Origin: an archaeon
GTDB lineage: Archaea > Iainarchaeota > Iainarchaeia > Iainarchaeales > CSSED10-239
Direction of reading: 5' to 3'
Assembly: GCA_041657425.1 (NCBI GenBank)
Contig: JBBABY010000004.1
Span: 1 to 32,000 of the forward strand
Length of the DNA: 32,000 nucleotides
Shown: positions 1 to 7,878 of the stretch, in pieces
Layout of the letters: every line of letters begins with the position of its first letter
How positions within the stretch are numbered: the first letter of the stretch is position 1
The notes under the pieces: generated by a model
What the model was told of the DNA's origin: nothing
The model's input: the letters and a program-made list of their open reading frames with translations, nothing else
Databases searched by the model: none
Translations under genes and position numbers: made by a program

Positions 1-322
1 TTACTCCGTGCTTCTTAAAGTATTTTTCTGACCACTCTAAGTGCTTTTCATTTATAAAAAAGAATTTTTTATTTTTTAAAATTAATTTTCGCCCAAGATA
101 TTTTCCAATAACATAATTAATTACTGCCCCAACAATCGAACCAAGTATTCCAAAAAGAATTGCAAGGAATATATTTAACTTTCCTGTAGCCACTAAAAAA
201 CCTGCAGGAATCATAATCACTTCTGAAGGAAATGGAATAAACGAACTTTCAATTGTCATAAGTATAAATATTGAAAGATAATTTATATTATTTAGAAAAA
301 AACCAAAAAGTGTTTCAAACAT
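1..322 (-). CDS. DedA/VTT-family integral membrane protein (partial; 3' end runs off the window)
   Basis: Not in the ORF track because it has no stop inside the window. My translation from ATG at 322-320 gives MFETLFGFFLNNINYLSIFILMTIESSFIPFPSEVIMIPAGFLVATGKLNIFLAILFGILGSIVGAVINYVIGKYLGRKLILKNKKFF... The E-S-x-IPFPSE-x5-AG core followed by glycine-rich TM helices is the DedA signature. The frame is open down to position 1. Confidence 0.6.
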   Translation of the reverse strand, partial: MFETLFGFFLNNINYLSIFILMTIESSFIPFPSEVIMIPAGFLVATGKLNIFLAILFGILGSIVGAVINYVIGKYLGRKLILKNKKFFFINEKHLEWSEKYFKKHGV

Positions 323-363
323 ATCTTTATCATTTAAATTTAGAACCAAAGATATTATAAAAC

Positions 364-1197
364 CTAAATAAATAAAGAACCAGAGAAGAATATTGCGATT
401 GCCACAGGTAGCATGAACACAAGGTAAATTATTGTTTTCTTTAGATCTGACTCTAACATTGAAAGATAAATGGATGAGATGATTACATATTCTATAATGT
501 AAATAATTGAACAAAAATAGCAAACTCCAAACAATTGAGAGCCTCCAGTTACTGTTCCTTGAAACTGAGAGATTGCTGAGAAATCTAGGTTGCTAATTAG
601 TTTCTTAACTAGAGAAATAACGATGCCAAGAATCCCCGGAACAATAAACCCGCCGGCAAAGATAATGGTATACTTTTGCATTAAAAGAGCGGATGCTCTC
701 TCCTCAATCAATTGCTTACTTCTCATAAAGTTACTTGCAAAGGAACGATAATCTCCAACTGTAACTGTCCCTGTAGTTATTGAATTATAAAGTAATTCTA
801 GAAATCGGTCAATTATTTCTGATTTGTATTTATTTGAAAGAACCTCAAATAATTCTCTAATATTGTGGCCGTCTTCTATCTTTCTTTGAATTATTTTAAA
901 TTCTTGCTCTACAATCTTGTGTTTTGAACTTGAAAGTTTCTGAATCATCTGTTTTAAATCATTTGATCTGGGTTGACTTGAAAGAAGAAGCACTTCATCA
1001 ATTAAAGCAATTTCAAATTTCTTTTTTTTCTGATTAACTAAATATTTTTTTAGTAAAGCTTCTAAAATATAGAAAATAATGTTTCCAACAATCACTATAA
1101 TCATTCCTAGATTTGAACTGACTTTGAAGAAAACAAGAGTGACTAAGATGATTGAACTAATTATAACTGTTAGTAGTATTTTTAGATTGACATTCAT
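364..1197 (-). CDS. T2SS-F-like (TadC/PilC-type) polytopic membrane platform protein
   Basis: 277 aa. It has N-terminal TM helices, a ~130-aa soluble helical segment (..RFLELLYNSITTGTVTVGDY..RSKQLIEERASALLMQKYTIIF..) and then C-terminal TM helices, which is the T2SS-F/TadC layout. It is the third gene of a co-directional ATPase/TadB-like/TadC-like block with 10-16 nt gaps. Confidence 0.55.
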   Translation of the reverse strand: MNVNLKILLTVIISSIILVTLVFFKVSSNLGMIIVIVGNIIFYILEALLKKYLVNQKKKKFEIALIDEVLLLSSQPRSNDLKQMIQKLSSSKHKIVEQEFKIIQRKIEDGHNIRELFEVLSNKYKSEIIDRFLELLYNSITTGTVTVGDYRSFASNFMRSKQLIEERASALLMQKYTIIFAGGFIVPGILGIVISLVKKLISNLDFSAISQFQGTVTGGSQLFGVCYFCSIIYIIEYVIISSIYLSMLESDLKKTIIYLVFMLPVAIAIFFSGSLFI

Positions 1198-1207
1198 TTC
1201 CTTTCCC

Positions 1208-1894
1208 CTAAACCAAACTTGACCTCATAAACAAAAGAATAAACATATCAATTATTGGAAATACTACTATCGTGATTAAAATTATTCCAAAAGAAGAAAT
1301 GCCGATTTCAAAAAAATTGCTCCCCACAAGAAAAAACATAAGAAACAAAGCAGGAACAATTGCTGAGATTACTACAAATACTAAAGACAAGAAATTTAAT
1401 TTTGTAGAATAATCTTTAATCGCTATACTTTGTTGTTCAGAAAAGTTATTTGAAAGTATTCTAAAAGTGTCTGCTTTATTTTTTGTACCACTTGACAAGA
1501 TGTCATTTATCTGATACATTACTCTTTGTAGTTCCTTATTATCTTTAGATACTTCTTCAAGTGCTGTTTCTAGATTGTAGCCTTTCTTTGTGACTAGAGT
1601 TAAAGCTTGACTAATCCTTTGACCAATTATTGAATTTTGCTTTGCTCGGTTTTCAAGTGCTAACTTTAATGGAATATTTTTTTCTATATCGCTTGCTAAG
1701 TTATTGAGAAAAAAAGGGAGTTCTCTTAATATTCTAGTTCTTTCATCTTGTGCTTTTATTCTTTTGATAAAAAAAGAAACTGAAAAGAACAAAACACAAA
1801 GCATTATCTGAGAATAAAGAAGATATTCAACTGAAAGCTTAATTGTGAAATCCACAACCACATAAACTAAACACAAGATAATAAATAAAATCAA
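1208..1894 (-). CDS. T2SS-F-like (TadB-type) membrane platform protein
   Basis: 228 aa. Two N-terminal TM helices are followed by a helical soluble segment (ELPFFLNNLASDIEKNIPLKLALE...LETALEEVS...LQRVMYQINDIL) and C-terminal TM helices. The track start is TTG at 1894 and the first ATG is 29 codons in, so the start is uncertain. It lies 16 nt downstream of the ATPase stop. Confidence 0.55.
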   Translation of the reverse strand: MILFIILCLVYVVVDFTIKLSVEYLLYSQIMLCVLFFSVSFFIKRIKAQDERTRILRELPFFLNNLASDIEKNIPLKLALENRAKQNSIIGQRISQALTLVTKKGYNLETALEEVSKDNKELQRVMYQINDILSSGTKNKADTFRILSNNFSEQQSIAIKDYSTKLNFLSLVFVVISAIVPALFLMFFLVGSNFFEIGISSFGIILITIVVFPIIDMFILLFMRSSLV

Positions 1895-1910
1895 ATATAA
1901 AAATAAAGAT

Positions 1911-3728
1911 TTACTTGCTCTTATTTTTCGTCGCCTCTTTTCTTTCTTTTTTAGGTTTTTGTTTTTCTTCTGTTTTTATTTTGGGTTTAGAAAATATCTC
2001 TTGTTCTTCTACAACAAGTCTTTCTTCTAAATCCTTGTGACTTGCAATTCCAAAAGAGATTTGAAACTTATTCATCAGTTTCTTTGGAAAATTCTTAAAA
2101 AGAAGTTCTTTTGTTTTAAAATCATAATCAAATATCTTGTTAATGATGACTTTTCCTTGTTTAAAATCAACTTCTGAAATTTCAAAAACTCTTCTCTTGT
2201 CTTTTGTTTCTTTATTGGTTTCTGTATATTCATTATATCTTCTTTGAGTAACAATAAGGTCAATTGCACAGATATCTGACTCCAATACACCATAGGAAAG
2301 CAATCTTAAAACTGCATCATTAGCAGACTGTGCGTGAAAGGTGGTGTAAGTGCCTTTAGCTTGACCACAAAGAAGAGAATCGATAAGAGAATGAGACTCT
2401 TCTCTTGATCTAACTTCGCCGATTACTACCTTGTCTGGCCTCATTCTCAGTGTATTGATTATTAAGCCCTCCATAGTTATTCCAAGTTCCTTATTTACTG
2501 TTGTTTGAACCTTATGTGGATGAGATATATTAATCTCATGAACTTCTTCAACAATAACTATTCTTTGATCTTTTGGGATGAAATTAAGAAGAGCATTAAG
2601 GGTGGTGGTTTTTCCTGAACCAGTATTACCAACAACAAAGATATTTGCATCTGTTAAGAAAACTAATCTTAAGAAAGAAAGTGCTTTTTCAGTTATCGTT
2701 TTATATTTTAAAATATCATATATTGTAAAAGGGATTTCAGAAAACTTTCTAATAGTTACTGCAACACTTTCAGTTACTGGAGAAATTAATGCATTCAGTC
2801 GGGTATGGTCTTTTAATGTCGCATCAAGTATAGGGTTCTTTAGAGTAATGTATTTATTGGAATACCAACCAAGTTTATTGATAATGTCTTTTAGCTTCTG
2901 TTCTGAAACATACTTTAAATTTGTTTCTAACCACCCATAATGTCTATGATAAACAAAAACCGGATGATTAATTCCAATAATGCTTATTTCTTCTAAATTG
3001 AAATCACTAAGCAATTGAGTGAGCGGACCACATTCATAAAGATTAGTAAATGCCATATCTAGAAGATAAAGAAACTGATCATTGTCTAGTTCTATGTTAT
3101 TCTTTATACAATAATCAATTAGTTCTTCTTCTAAATCTTTTTTTACTGAATTCTCTGAATCTATTTCTTCTATTGGTTTAAATTTATAAGAATCTAGAAT
3201 ATCATTAATTACTTTAATTTCTTCTCTTGATAGCTTTTGATGTTTTAAAAAATAAATTATCTTTCCATTTTGAGTTTCTACAATCCTCCCATCTAAAGAT
3301 ATAGTTCTTAAGATTTTTTCTTGAATAATTGTGTATCCAAGATATTTGTCTAAAATCGTTTGAAGAGAAGTAGTTGAGGTGCTATCAACAAACTCAAATA
3401 GTTCTCTATTAGAATAATAACAAGGCATAAGAAACGAATTTTCTAAACAAAGATCGCATTTCCTGGGAATTCCTTTTTTTACAACTATTGCTTTGTTTGG
3501 GCAAGCTTGTACACATTCAAGACAACGATTACATAATCTATAATTTATAGTTACAATTCCGTTCTCTGATTTGCTTATTGCGCCTTTCTTACACGCACTC
3601 ATACAAGGCGCATCTTCACAGTTTATACAGTTGAATACATTAATGTCTTTCTTATCTAAATTTTGATAACAATTATAGAATAACTCTTTGTTATCAACGC
3701 TTTTTAAATCCTTTAATTTAAGATACAT
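1911..3728 (-). CDS. Type II/IV secretion (GspE/VirB11/FlaI-PilB family) ATPase with N-terminal 4Fe-4S poly-ferredoxin domain
   Basis: 605 aa. Walker A is VVGNTGSGKTT (nt ~2604-2633). An Asp-box/Walker B is RPDKVVIGEVR and a His-box is TYTTFHA. The N-terminal ~105 aa (nt ~3414-3641) carry 12 Cys, including CINCEDAPCMSAC (CxxCx4Cx3C), CNRCLECVQACP (CxxCxxCx3CP) and CDLCx8C. The C-terminus is a lysine-rich tail. Confidence 0.85.
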   Translation of the reverse strand: MYLKLKDLKSVDNKELFYNCYQNLDKKDINVFNCINCEDAPCMSACKKGAISKSENGIVTINYRLCNRCLECVQACPNKAIVVKKGIPRKCDLCLENSFLMPCYYSNRELFEFVDSTSTTSLQTILDKYLGYTIIQEKILRTISLDGRIVETQNGKIIYFLKHQKLSREEIKVINDILDSYKFKPIEEIDSENSVKKDLEEELIDYCIKNNIELDNDQFLYLLDMAFTNLYECGPLTQLLSDFNLEEISIIGINHPVFVYHRHYGWLETNLKYVSEQKLKDIINKLGWYSNKYITLKNPILDATLKDHTRLNALISPVTESVAVTIRKFSEIPFTIYDILKYKTITEKALSFLRLVFLTDANIFVVGNTGSGKTTTLNALLNFIPKDQRIVIVEEVHEINISHPHKVQTTVNKELGITMEGLIINTLRMRPDKVVIGEVRSREESHSLIDSLLCGQAKGTYTTFHAQSANDAVLRLLSYGVLESDICAIDLIVTQRRYNEYTETNKETKDKRRVFEISEVDFKQGKVIINKIFDYDFKTKELLFKNFPKKLMNKFQISFGIASHKDLEERLVVEEQEIFSKPKIKTEEKQKPKKERKEATKNKSK

Positions 3729-3750
3729 TTAATAGATTCTTGGGAGATTT

Positions 3751-3796
3751 AGGTATATAAAACCCAATTGTCTGTTTTTTTGTGAAATTGAAGAAA
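3751..3796 (+). repeat. 46-bp direct repeat copy A (TATA box - N12 - T7 - GTGAAATTGAAGAAA promoter module)
   Basis: aggtatataaaacccaattgTctGtttttttgtgaaattgaagaaa matches 4451-4496 at 44/46 positions, exactly 700 bp away. In reverse orientation its TATA (3754-3762) lies ~26-34 nt upstream of the ATPase ATG at 3728. Confidence 0.8.
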
Positions 3797-3803
3797 CAAA
3801 TAA

Positions 3804-4121
3804 TTAGTATTTAAATTTTCGCTCATATTCTTTATGAGAAAAACAATCCAAAATTATACATAATATTCTAAGTTCATCATTTTTAATTGTATAAATAATT
3901 CTACAACCATTTCTTAAATCAAATTTCCAAAGATTTGTAATACAATATAGTTTAATATATTCCTTTGGCCACAACTTCTGTGGGATATGAATTCCAGAAT
4001 CTGGTTTTTCTTTTAATTTATTTATGATTTCTTCAATTTCGTCTTTAAATTCTTTATCAGAAATCGATTCTACTTCTTTTTCTAATTTTTTACTAGCAAA
4101 TGCAACATTAATTGGTTTCAT
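3804..4121 (-). CDS. RelE/ParE-superfamily toxin-like protein
   Basis: 105 aa. The C-terminal half, LWKFDLRNGCRIIYTIKNDELRILCIILDCFSHKEYERKF, follows the RelE/ParE pattern (xRxxxGxYRIIYxIxdxxxxIxIlxIxHRKxxY). It has a 4-nt ATGA overlap with the small upstream ORF, the typical toxin-antitoxin gene arrangement. Confidence 0.55.
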   Translation of the reverse strand: MKPINVAFASKKLEKEVESISDKEFKDEIEEIINKLKEKPDSGIHIPQKLWPKEYIKLYCITNLWKFDLRNGCRIIYTIKNDELRILCIILDCFSHKEYERKFKY

Positions 4122-4384
4122 CTAATTTTTACCCCTGACTTTAAAATCTTTGCAATTCCTTTTGGATCATAAAGCCATAATACTTTTTTATCTTCTGTAA
4201 CCATTATTTTTTCTGAATTTAAAAGATAATCAAATATTTGACAATAAGTTTGATACATCATCTTTTTTGGTAATTTTTTCCAGAATTGATATTTTGTATA
4301 TTCTGCACTTTTCTTCTTAATTAATTCTTCAACCATAATTATACTATCAAGTGTTGGACTATGAATTTTTGTTGTTTTTGACAT
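4118..4384 (-). CDS. Putative cognate antitoxin (small helical protein)
   Basis: 88 aa. It lies upstream of the RelE-like gene and overlaps it by 4 nt. I recognise no family motif, so the call rests on size and position only. Confidence 0.4.
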   Translation of the reverse strand: MSKTTKIHSPTLDSIIMVEELIKKKSAEYTKYQFWKKLPKKMMYQTYCQIFDYLLNSEKIMVTEDKKVLWLYDPKGIAKILKSGVKIR

Positions 4385-4450
4385 ATATATACTTATATAA
4401 TAAAGATTTTTAAAGTATATTGCTTATGCCCATAATATATTTGATTTTTA

Positions 4451-4496
4451 AGGTATATAAAACCCAATTGCCTATTTTTTTGTGAAATTGAAGAAA
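4451..4496 (+). repeat. 46-bp direct repeat copy B / promoter of the Prs-like gene
   Basis: aggtatataaaacccaattgCctAtttttttgtgaaattgaagaaa. It contains TATATAAAA at 4454-4462, a 12-nt spacer, T7 at 4475-4481 and GTGAAATTGAA at 4482-4492. Confidence 0.8.
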
Positions 4497-5459
4497 ACCT
4501 ATAATTTTAAAAGATTACTTTATCATGATAGATATATGGACTCTGATTATTTAATATTTGCTCCAAATAAAGATTTGGCTCTTGCTACATCAGTTGCTAA
4601 TGAAACTAATATTCAATTAGGGCACATGGATGTAAAAAAGATTAATGAATCAGAAACCCTTATAGATATTAAAAGTCATGTTCAACAAAAAGACATATTA
4701 CTTATTTACAATGTTGTGTCTCCAGTTAATGATTCACTTATGCAAATTTATTTAATTTCTGATTCTTTAACTAAACTTGGAGCAAGAAGTGTGCACCTCA
4801 TTGTTCCTTACTTACCATATACTAGAATCCCTGATGAGTATGTTAATAAAATCAATTTCAATCTAATTGTTAGATTATTCCAAACTTCTGGAATTTCCTC
4901 AATCTATACTTTTGATATATTCACCCCGCATTTAGTTAATGCATTTAAAATACCAGTCTATAATATAAATATAAAAAAGATATTTTCTGGAATTATTGAA
5001 GAAAAATTTAAGGATAACAATAACCTTTTGGTAACCACCGCAGACTACGAATTAAAAGATAGGGCAAACGACATTTCTAAAGTAATTGGTTGTGATCAAA
5101 TATATGTTAATAAAATCGATGATAGTAATGATAGTCGCTTTGAAATAAATAAAGATGTTCATGGTAAAGATATTTTGATTGTAGGAAACAGAATCGCATC
5201 TGGAGAAATCATTATTAAATTCGCTAATTTCTTAGCTTTAAAAGGAGCAAAAAACATTTATCTTATAGCAACACATGGACTATTTAGTGAAGATGCTATC
5301 GAAAAATTAAACAATTCAATAATTAAAGAAATTTATGTGTTTTCTTCTCCGAAGAACAAATTATCTCAAAAGATTAAAGTAATTCCTTATACTCCAATTT
5401 ATAAGGAAATAATCAATAGAATTGTAGAAAAGAAGAACATAATTAGCTTTATAAATTAA
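4482..5459 (+). CDS. Ribose-phosphate pyrophosphokinase (PRPP synthetase)-like protein with degenerate catalytic motifs
   Basis: The protein is collinear with Prs:
- INESE vs FSDGE
- VQQKDILLIYNV vs VRGKDVFIIQS
- SPVNDSLMQIYLISDSL vs PVNDNLMELLIMIDAL
- LIVPYLPYTR vs VIPYFGYARQD
- HGKDILIVGNRIASGEI vs GKxxIIVDDIIDTGGT

The start is uncertain: GTG at 4482 lies inside the promoter module, and ATG at 4536 (MDSDYLIF..) is the alternative. Confidence 0.6.
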   Translation: MKLKKTYNFKRLLYHDRYMDSDYLIFAPNKDLALATSVANETNIQLGHMDVKKINESETLIDIKSHVQQKDILLIYNVVSPVNDSLMQIYLISDSLTKLGARSVHLIVPYLPYTRIPDEYVNKINFNLIVRLFQTSGISSIYTFDIFTPHLVNAFKIPVYNINIKKIFSGIIEEKFKDNNNLLVTTADYELKDRANDISKVIGCDQIYVNKIDDSNDSRFEINKDVHGKDILIVGNRIASGEIIIKFANFLALKGAKNIYLIATHGLFSEDAIEKLNNSIIKEIYVFSSPKNKLSQKIKVIPYTPIYKEIINRIVEKKNIISFIN

Positions 5460-5512
5460 TTGTAAGTATATTATATATAATTAATATAATTCTTTAAAAA
5501 CGTGATAAAAAT

Positions 5513-6013
5513 ATGATAAAAAGTAGAGTAAGTGATACTGCAGAAACCACAAACACAATGCTAGATGTTATCTTAGATGATGGCGACGAAGTTGTTGAAT
5601 GTGTAGAAAAAGCATTTATTCAAAATAATGTTAAAAAAGCAAGTCTTTTTGGAGCTGTCGGAAAACTAAGAAATGTTAAAGTTGCAACAACGAGAACAGG
5701 AACTTTAAAGCAAAGAGAATATGATGAAGCTTGTGCAATTAAGAGCGTTTCTGGAGACTTTACAAAAATTAGAGAAAACGAATATATGGGGGACTTCCAT
5801 ATCTCTATTGCAAGAGATGAAATACACGCAGTTAGCGGTGTATTAATCAAAGGAACAGCAGATGGAGAAGTTAGAATTACATTTAAGATAATTTCTGAAT
5901 TTGCATTCGGTGCAATAACAACAGCAGAAGGCACAAAAGAAGTTTCATTAGTTAAGCAAAAGATAATTGATGAAAATCCAGTAAAGCAAAAGAAAGAAAT
6001 GATAATTGGATAA
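5513..6013 (+). CDS. PPC/DUF296-like domain protein
   Basis: 166 aa. The layout LDVILDDGDEVVECVEKAFIQNNVKKASLFGAVGKLRNVKV ... GDFHISIARDEIHAVSGVLIKGTADGEVRITFKI resembles the PPC (DUF296) beta-sandwich pattern (GeDl.e.l..fa.....a...g.iG.l..v.l ... H.H......G.v.GGHl). GTGAT lies 7 nt upstream of the ATG. Confidence 0.45.
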   Translation: MIKSRVSDTAETTNTMLDVILDDGDEVVECVEKAFIQNNVKKASLFGAVGKLRNVKVATTRTGTLKQREYDEACAIKSVSGDFTKIRENEYMGDFHISIARDEIHAVSGVLIKGTADGEVRITFKIISEFAFGAITTAEGTKEVSLVKQKIIDENPVKQKKEMIIG

Positions 6014-6040
6014 ACTCCAAATTATTTCCTTTTTCTATTT

Positions 6041-6832
6041 TTAATTTATTCTTTCTATTTCTATATAGTTTATTTTTAAATCGCCAGAAGATTTCCCTCT
6101 AATAAAATCCCAAACTATATTAAATTTGAATTCTTTCTGATATTTTTTATTAAATAGATTTACCATCCTATTAACTGATTTGTCTATACTATTGAAATAT
6201 ATTTTTAATCTATTATAATATTCTTCTTCTTTTTCTTTATCTTTAATTGGAATTTTTCTCTTAATTTCTAGAAAATTAAATTCTAAATATGCTTTCCCGC
6301 CTTTTGAAAGCATAATTGCAGATTGATACAATGAAAATTCTAAATAATTTGTGTGATAACTTGTACTTTTAAGTGCAATAATCACATCGTTTTTTCCAAT
6401 ATTTTCTTCTAATATTTCTCTATGATTTTCTATCTTTGGGTCTAAATTCTCAAATGGAACACCTATTGAATAATCTTTATCAATATAAGAATAAGCACTT
6501 TGGGAATCAGTAATTTTAGTTAATCCAAAAACATTAATAATTGGCTTTATCTTGTGTTCATTTAAATCTTTTCTAAGAAAGAGAATATCTTTTCCAAGAC
6601 CTGGACCTAAAATAAGAATTTGTGATTTTTCTTTTTTTAATTGTACTAGATGTTCTACTGGTTTTCCAGCTAATTCTACTTTATAAACATCATATCTTGC
6701 ATTTCCATTATACTGCCAGGCATTTCGTTCTAATTGCTTAAAATCAACAATATCTTTAACTGTACTAGTTGGTTTTCTTTTAAATTGACCAGAATCAAAA
6801 TTTGCTCGTCTACCAGTAATTTTATTAAGCAT
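6041..6832 (-). CDS. Hypothetical protein, possible class I SAM-dependent methyltransferase fold
   Basis: ILILGPGLGKD is a motif I-like GxGxG, DVIIALKS is motif IV-like and LSKGGKAYLEF is motif V/VI-like. The track ORF starts at TTG 6850. I prefer the first ATG at 6832 (MLNKITGRR..). Confidence 0.35.
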   Translation of the reverse strand: MLNKITGRRANFDSGQFKRKPTSTVKDIVDFKQLERNAWQYNGNARYDVYKVELAGKPVEHLVQLKKEKSQILILGPGLGKDILFLRKDLNEHKIKPIINVFGLTKITDSQSAYSYIDKDYSIGVPFENLDPKIENHREILEENIGKNDVIIALKSTSYHTNYLEFSLYQSAIMLSKGGKAYLEFNFLEIKRKIPIKDKEKEEEYYNRLKIYFNSIDKSVNRMVNLFNKKYQKEFKFNIVWDFIRGKSSGDLKINYIEIERIN

Positions 6833-6883
6833 ACAAAAAATATAAATCAATAAATTTAAAAAGATAACAAAATTAGAATTTTA

Positions 6884-6957
6884 CGCCCCAGGTAGGATTT
6901 GGACCTACGATCTATCGATTAACAGTCGATTGCTCTAACCAGCTAAGCTACTGAGGC
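6884..6957 (-). tRNA. tRNA-Asn (anticodon GTT)
   Basis: The reverse complement folds as GCCTCAG TA GCTT AGCTGGTTA GAGC A ATCGA CTGTTAA TCGAT AGATC GTAGG TCCAAAT CCTAC CTGGGGC G. This is a full cloverleaf with a 7-bp acceptor stem and G73. No CCA is encoded. The T-loop reads TCC instead of TTC. Confidence 0.88.
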
Positions 6958-7028
6958 TTTAATAAAAGAAAAAAGATCTTTCTTGTATTATATATATTTC
7001 TTAACAAAAATATTTATAAAGGATTTGT

Positions 7029-7853
7029 TTAAAGCAAAAGGGCAATTGTTAAGATATCTCTTAACCCTGTTAGAAAGCCAAGAATTATTATCAATAACTT
7101 AGTGTAACTTCTTTCTTCTTCGTCTTTTATTGTCTTGTCTACTATCCAGATAAACAAGAATGCGAAGACCAATTTGACCAGTGGATAGAACACTGGAAAA
7201 GAACCAATAACTGCTCTTGAAACTGGGTGTTGCTCGTAAAGAAGATTGCCAAAGAAAAAAATTCCAGACAAGGTTGCTGAAAAATCTACTATCTGCGAAA
7301 GAATTACTAACTTATTCTCTAATGATTTCAATATCTCCCCATTTAATTTATTTGCTATAAACTGAACTAGAAAGAAAATTAAAATGATTACACTAAGTGT
7401 GCATACAAGAACGAATAAATGCTGTGTGTGAAATAATTCATAAACAAGTAAAGGTAACGACAAAAGTAATCCAATTCCTTGCAAAAATGTATAATACTTG
7501 ATTTTTGTTAGTTTATCTAGCCACAGGGAAAAGAAAAAACTACAAAGAAAAACAACTGACAAGAGAACTAACCAACCAGGAGTGTGGAAGTAAAATCCAA
7601 GCTCTAAAGGGGTCCACGAGGATTTTACAAGCCACACACTTGTATAATTCTGTTCTAATATCCTTAAGGAAGCCCCAAGGAGAACAAAGGCAAGTACTGA
7701 ACAGATAAAATACTTGTCTATTTTTACTTCTGGAAAATATTTCTTTAGTATTTTATAGAAAAAAAAGTAACTAAAAAACACGATTACTGCATAAACTGTG
7801 GTGTTTATTAAATTATATCCATTTCCTACAAAATATTGTAAAATATGCTCCAT
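7029..7853 (-). CDS. Polytopic membrane protein, DUF63-like (archaeal)
   Basis: 274 aa with ~7-8 TM helices. The N-terminal YNLINTTVYAVIVFFSYFFFYKILKK...IDKYFICSVLAFVLLGASLRILEQ resembles my recollection of the DUF63 family pattern. Confidence 0.4.
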   Translation of the reverse strand: MEHILQYFVGNGYNLINTTVYAVIVFFSYFFFYKILKKYFPEVKIDKYFICSVLAFVLLGASLRILEQNYTSVWLVKSSWTPLELGFYFHTPGWLVLLSVVFLCSFFFSLWLDKLTKIKYYTFLQGIGLLLSLPLLVYELFHTQHLFVLVCTLSVIILIFFLVQFIANKLNGEILKSLENKLVILSQIVDFSATLSGIFFFGNLLYEQHPVSRAVIGSFPVFYPLVKLVFAFLFIWIVDKTIKDEEERSYTKLLIIILGFLTGLRDILTIALLL

Positions 7854-7878
7854 TTAAATTATTTTATATTTTTAATTA

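Noticed and set aside
2075-2940. Track ORFs 2075-2293 (-) and 2578-2940 (+) inside the secretion ATPase gene
   Set aside because: The first is an alternate-frame ORF and the second an antisense ORF, both within a gene with strong motif support. The + strand ORF is literally the antisense of the Walker A region (..FPEPVLPTT.. opposite GNTGSGKT). Both have low-complexity composition and no motifs.
4482-4535. GTG 4482 as the definite start of the Prs-like gene
   Set aside because: The GTG is part of the conserved GTGAAATTGAA promoter/leader module, which is also present where no gene follows (copy A). The Prs homology begins near the ATG at 4536. I kept the longer coordinates but flagged the start as uncertain, because a leaderless GUG start cannot be excluded.
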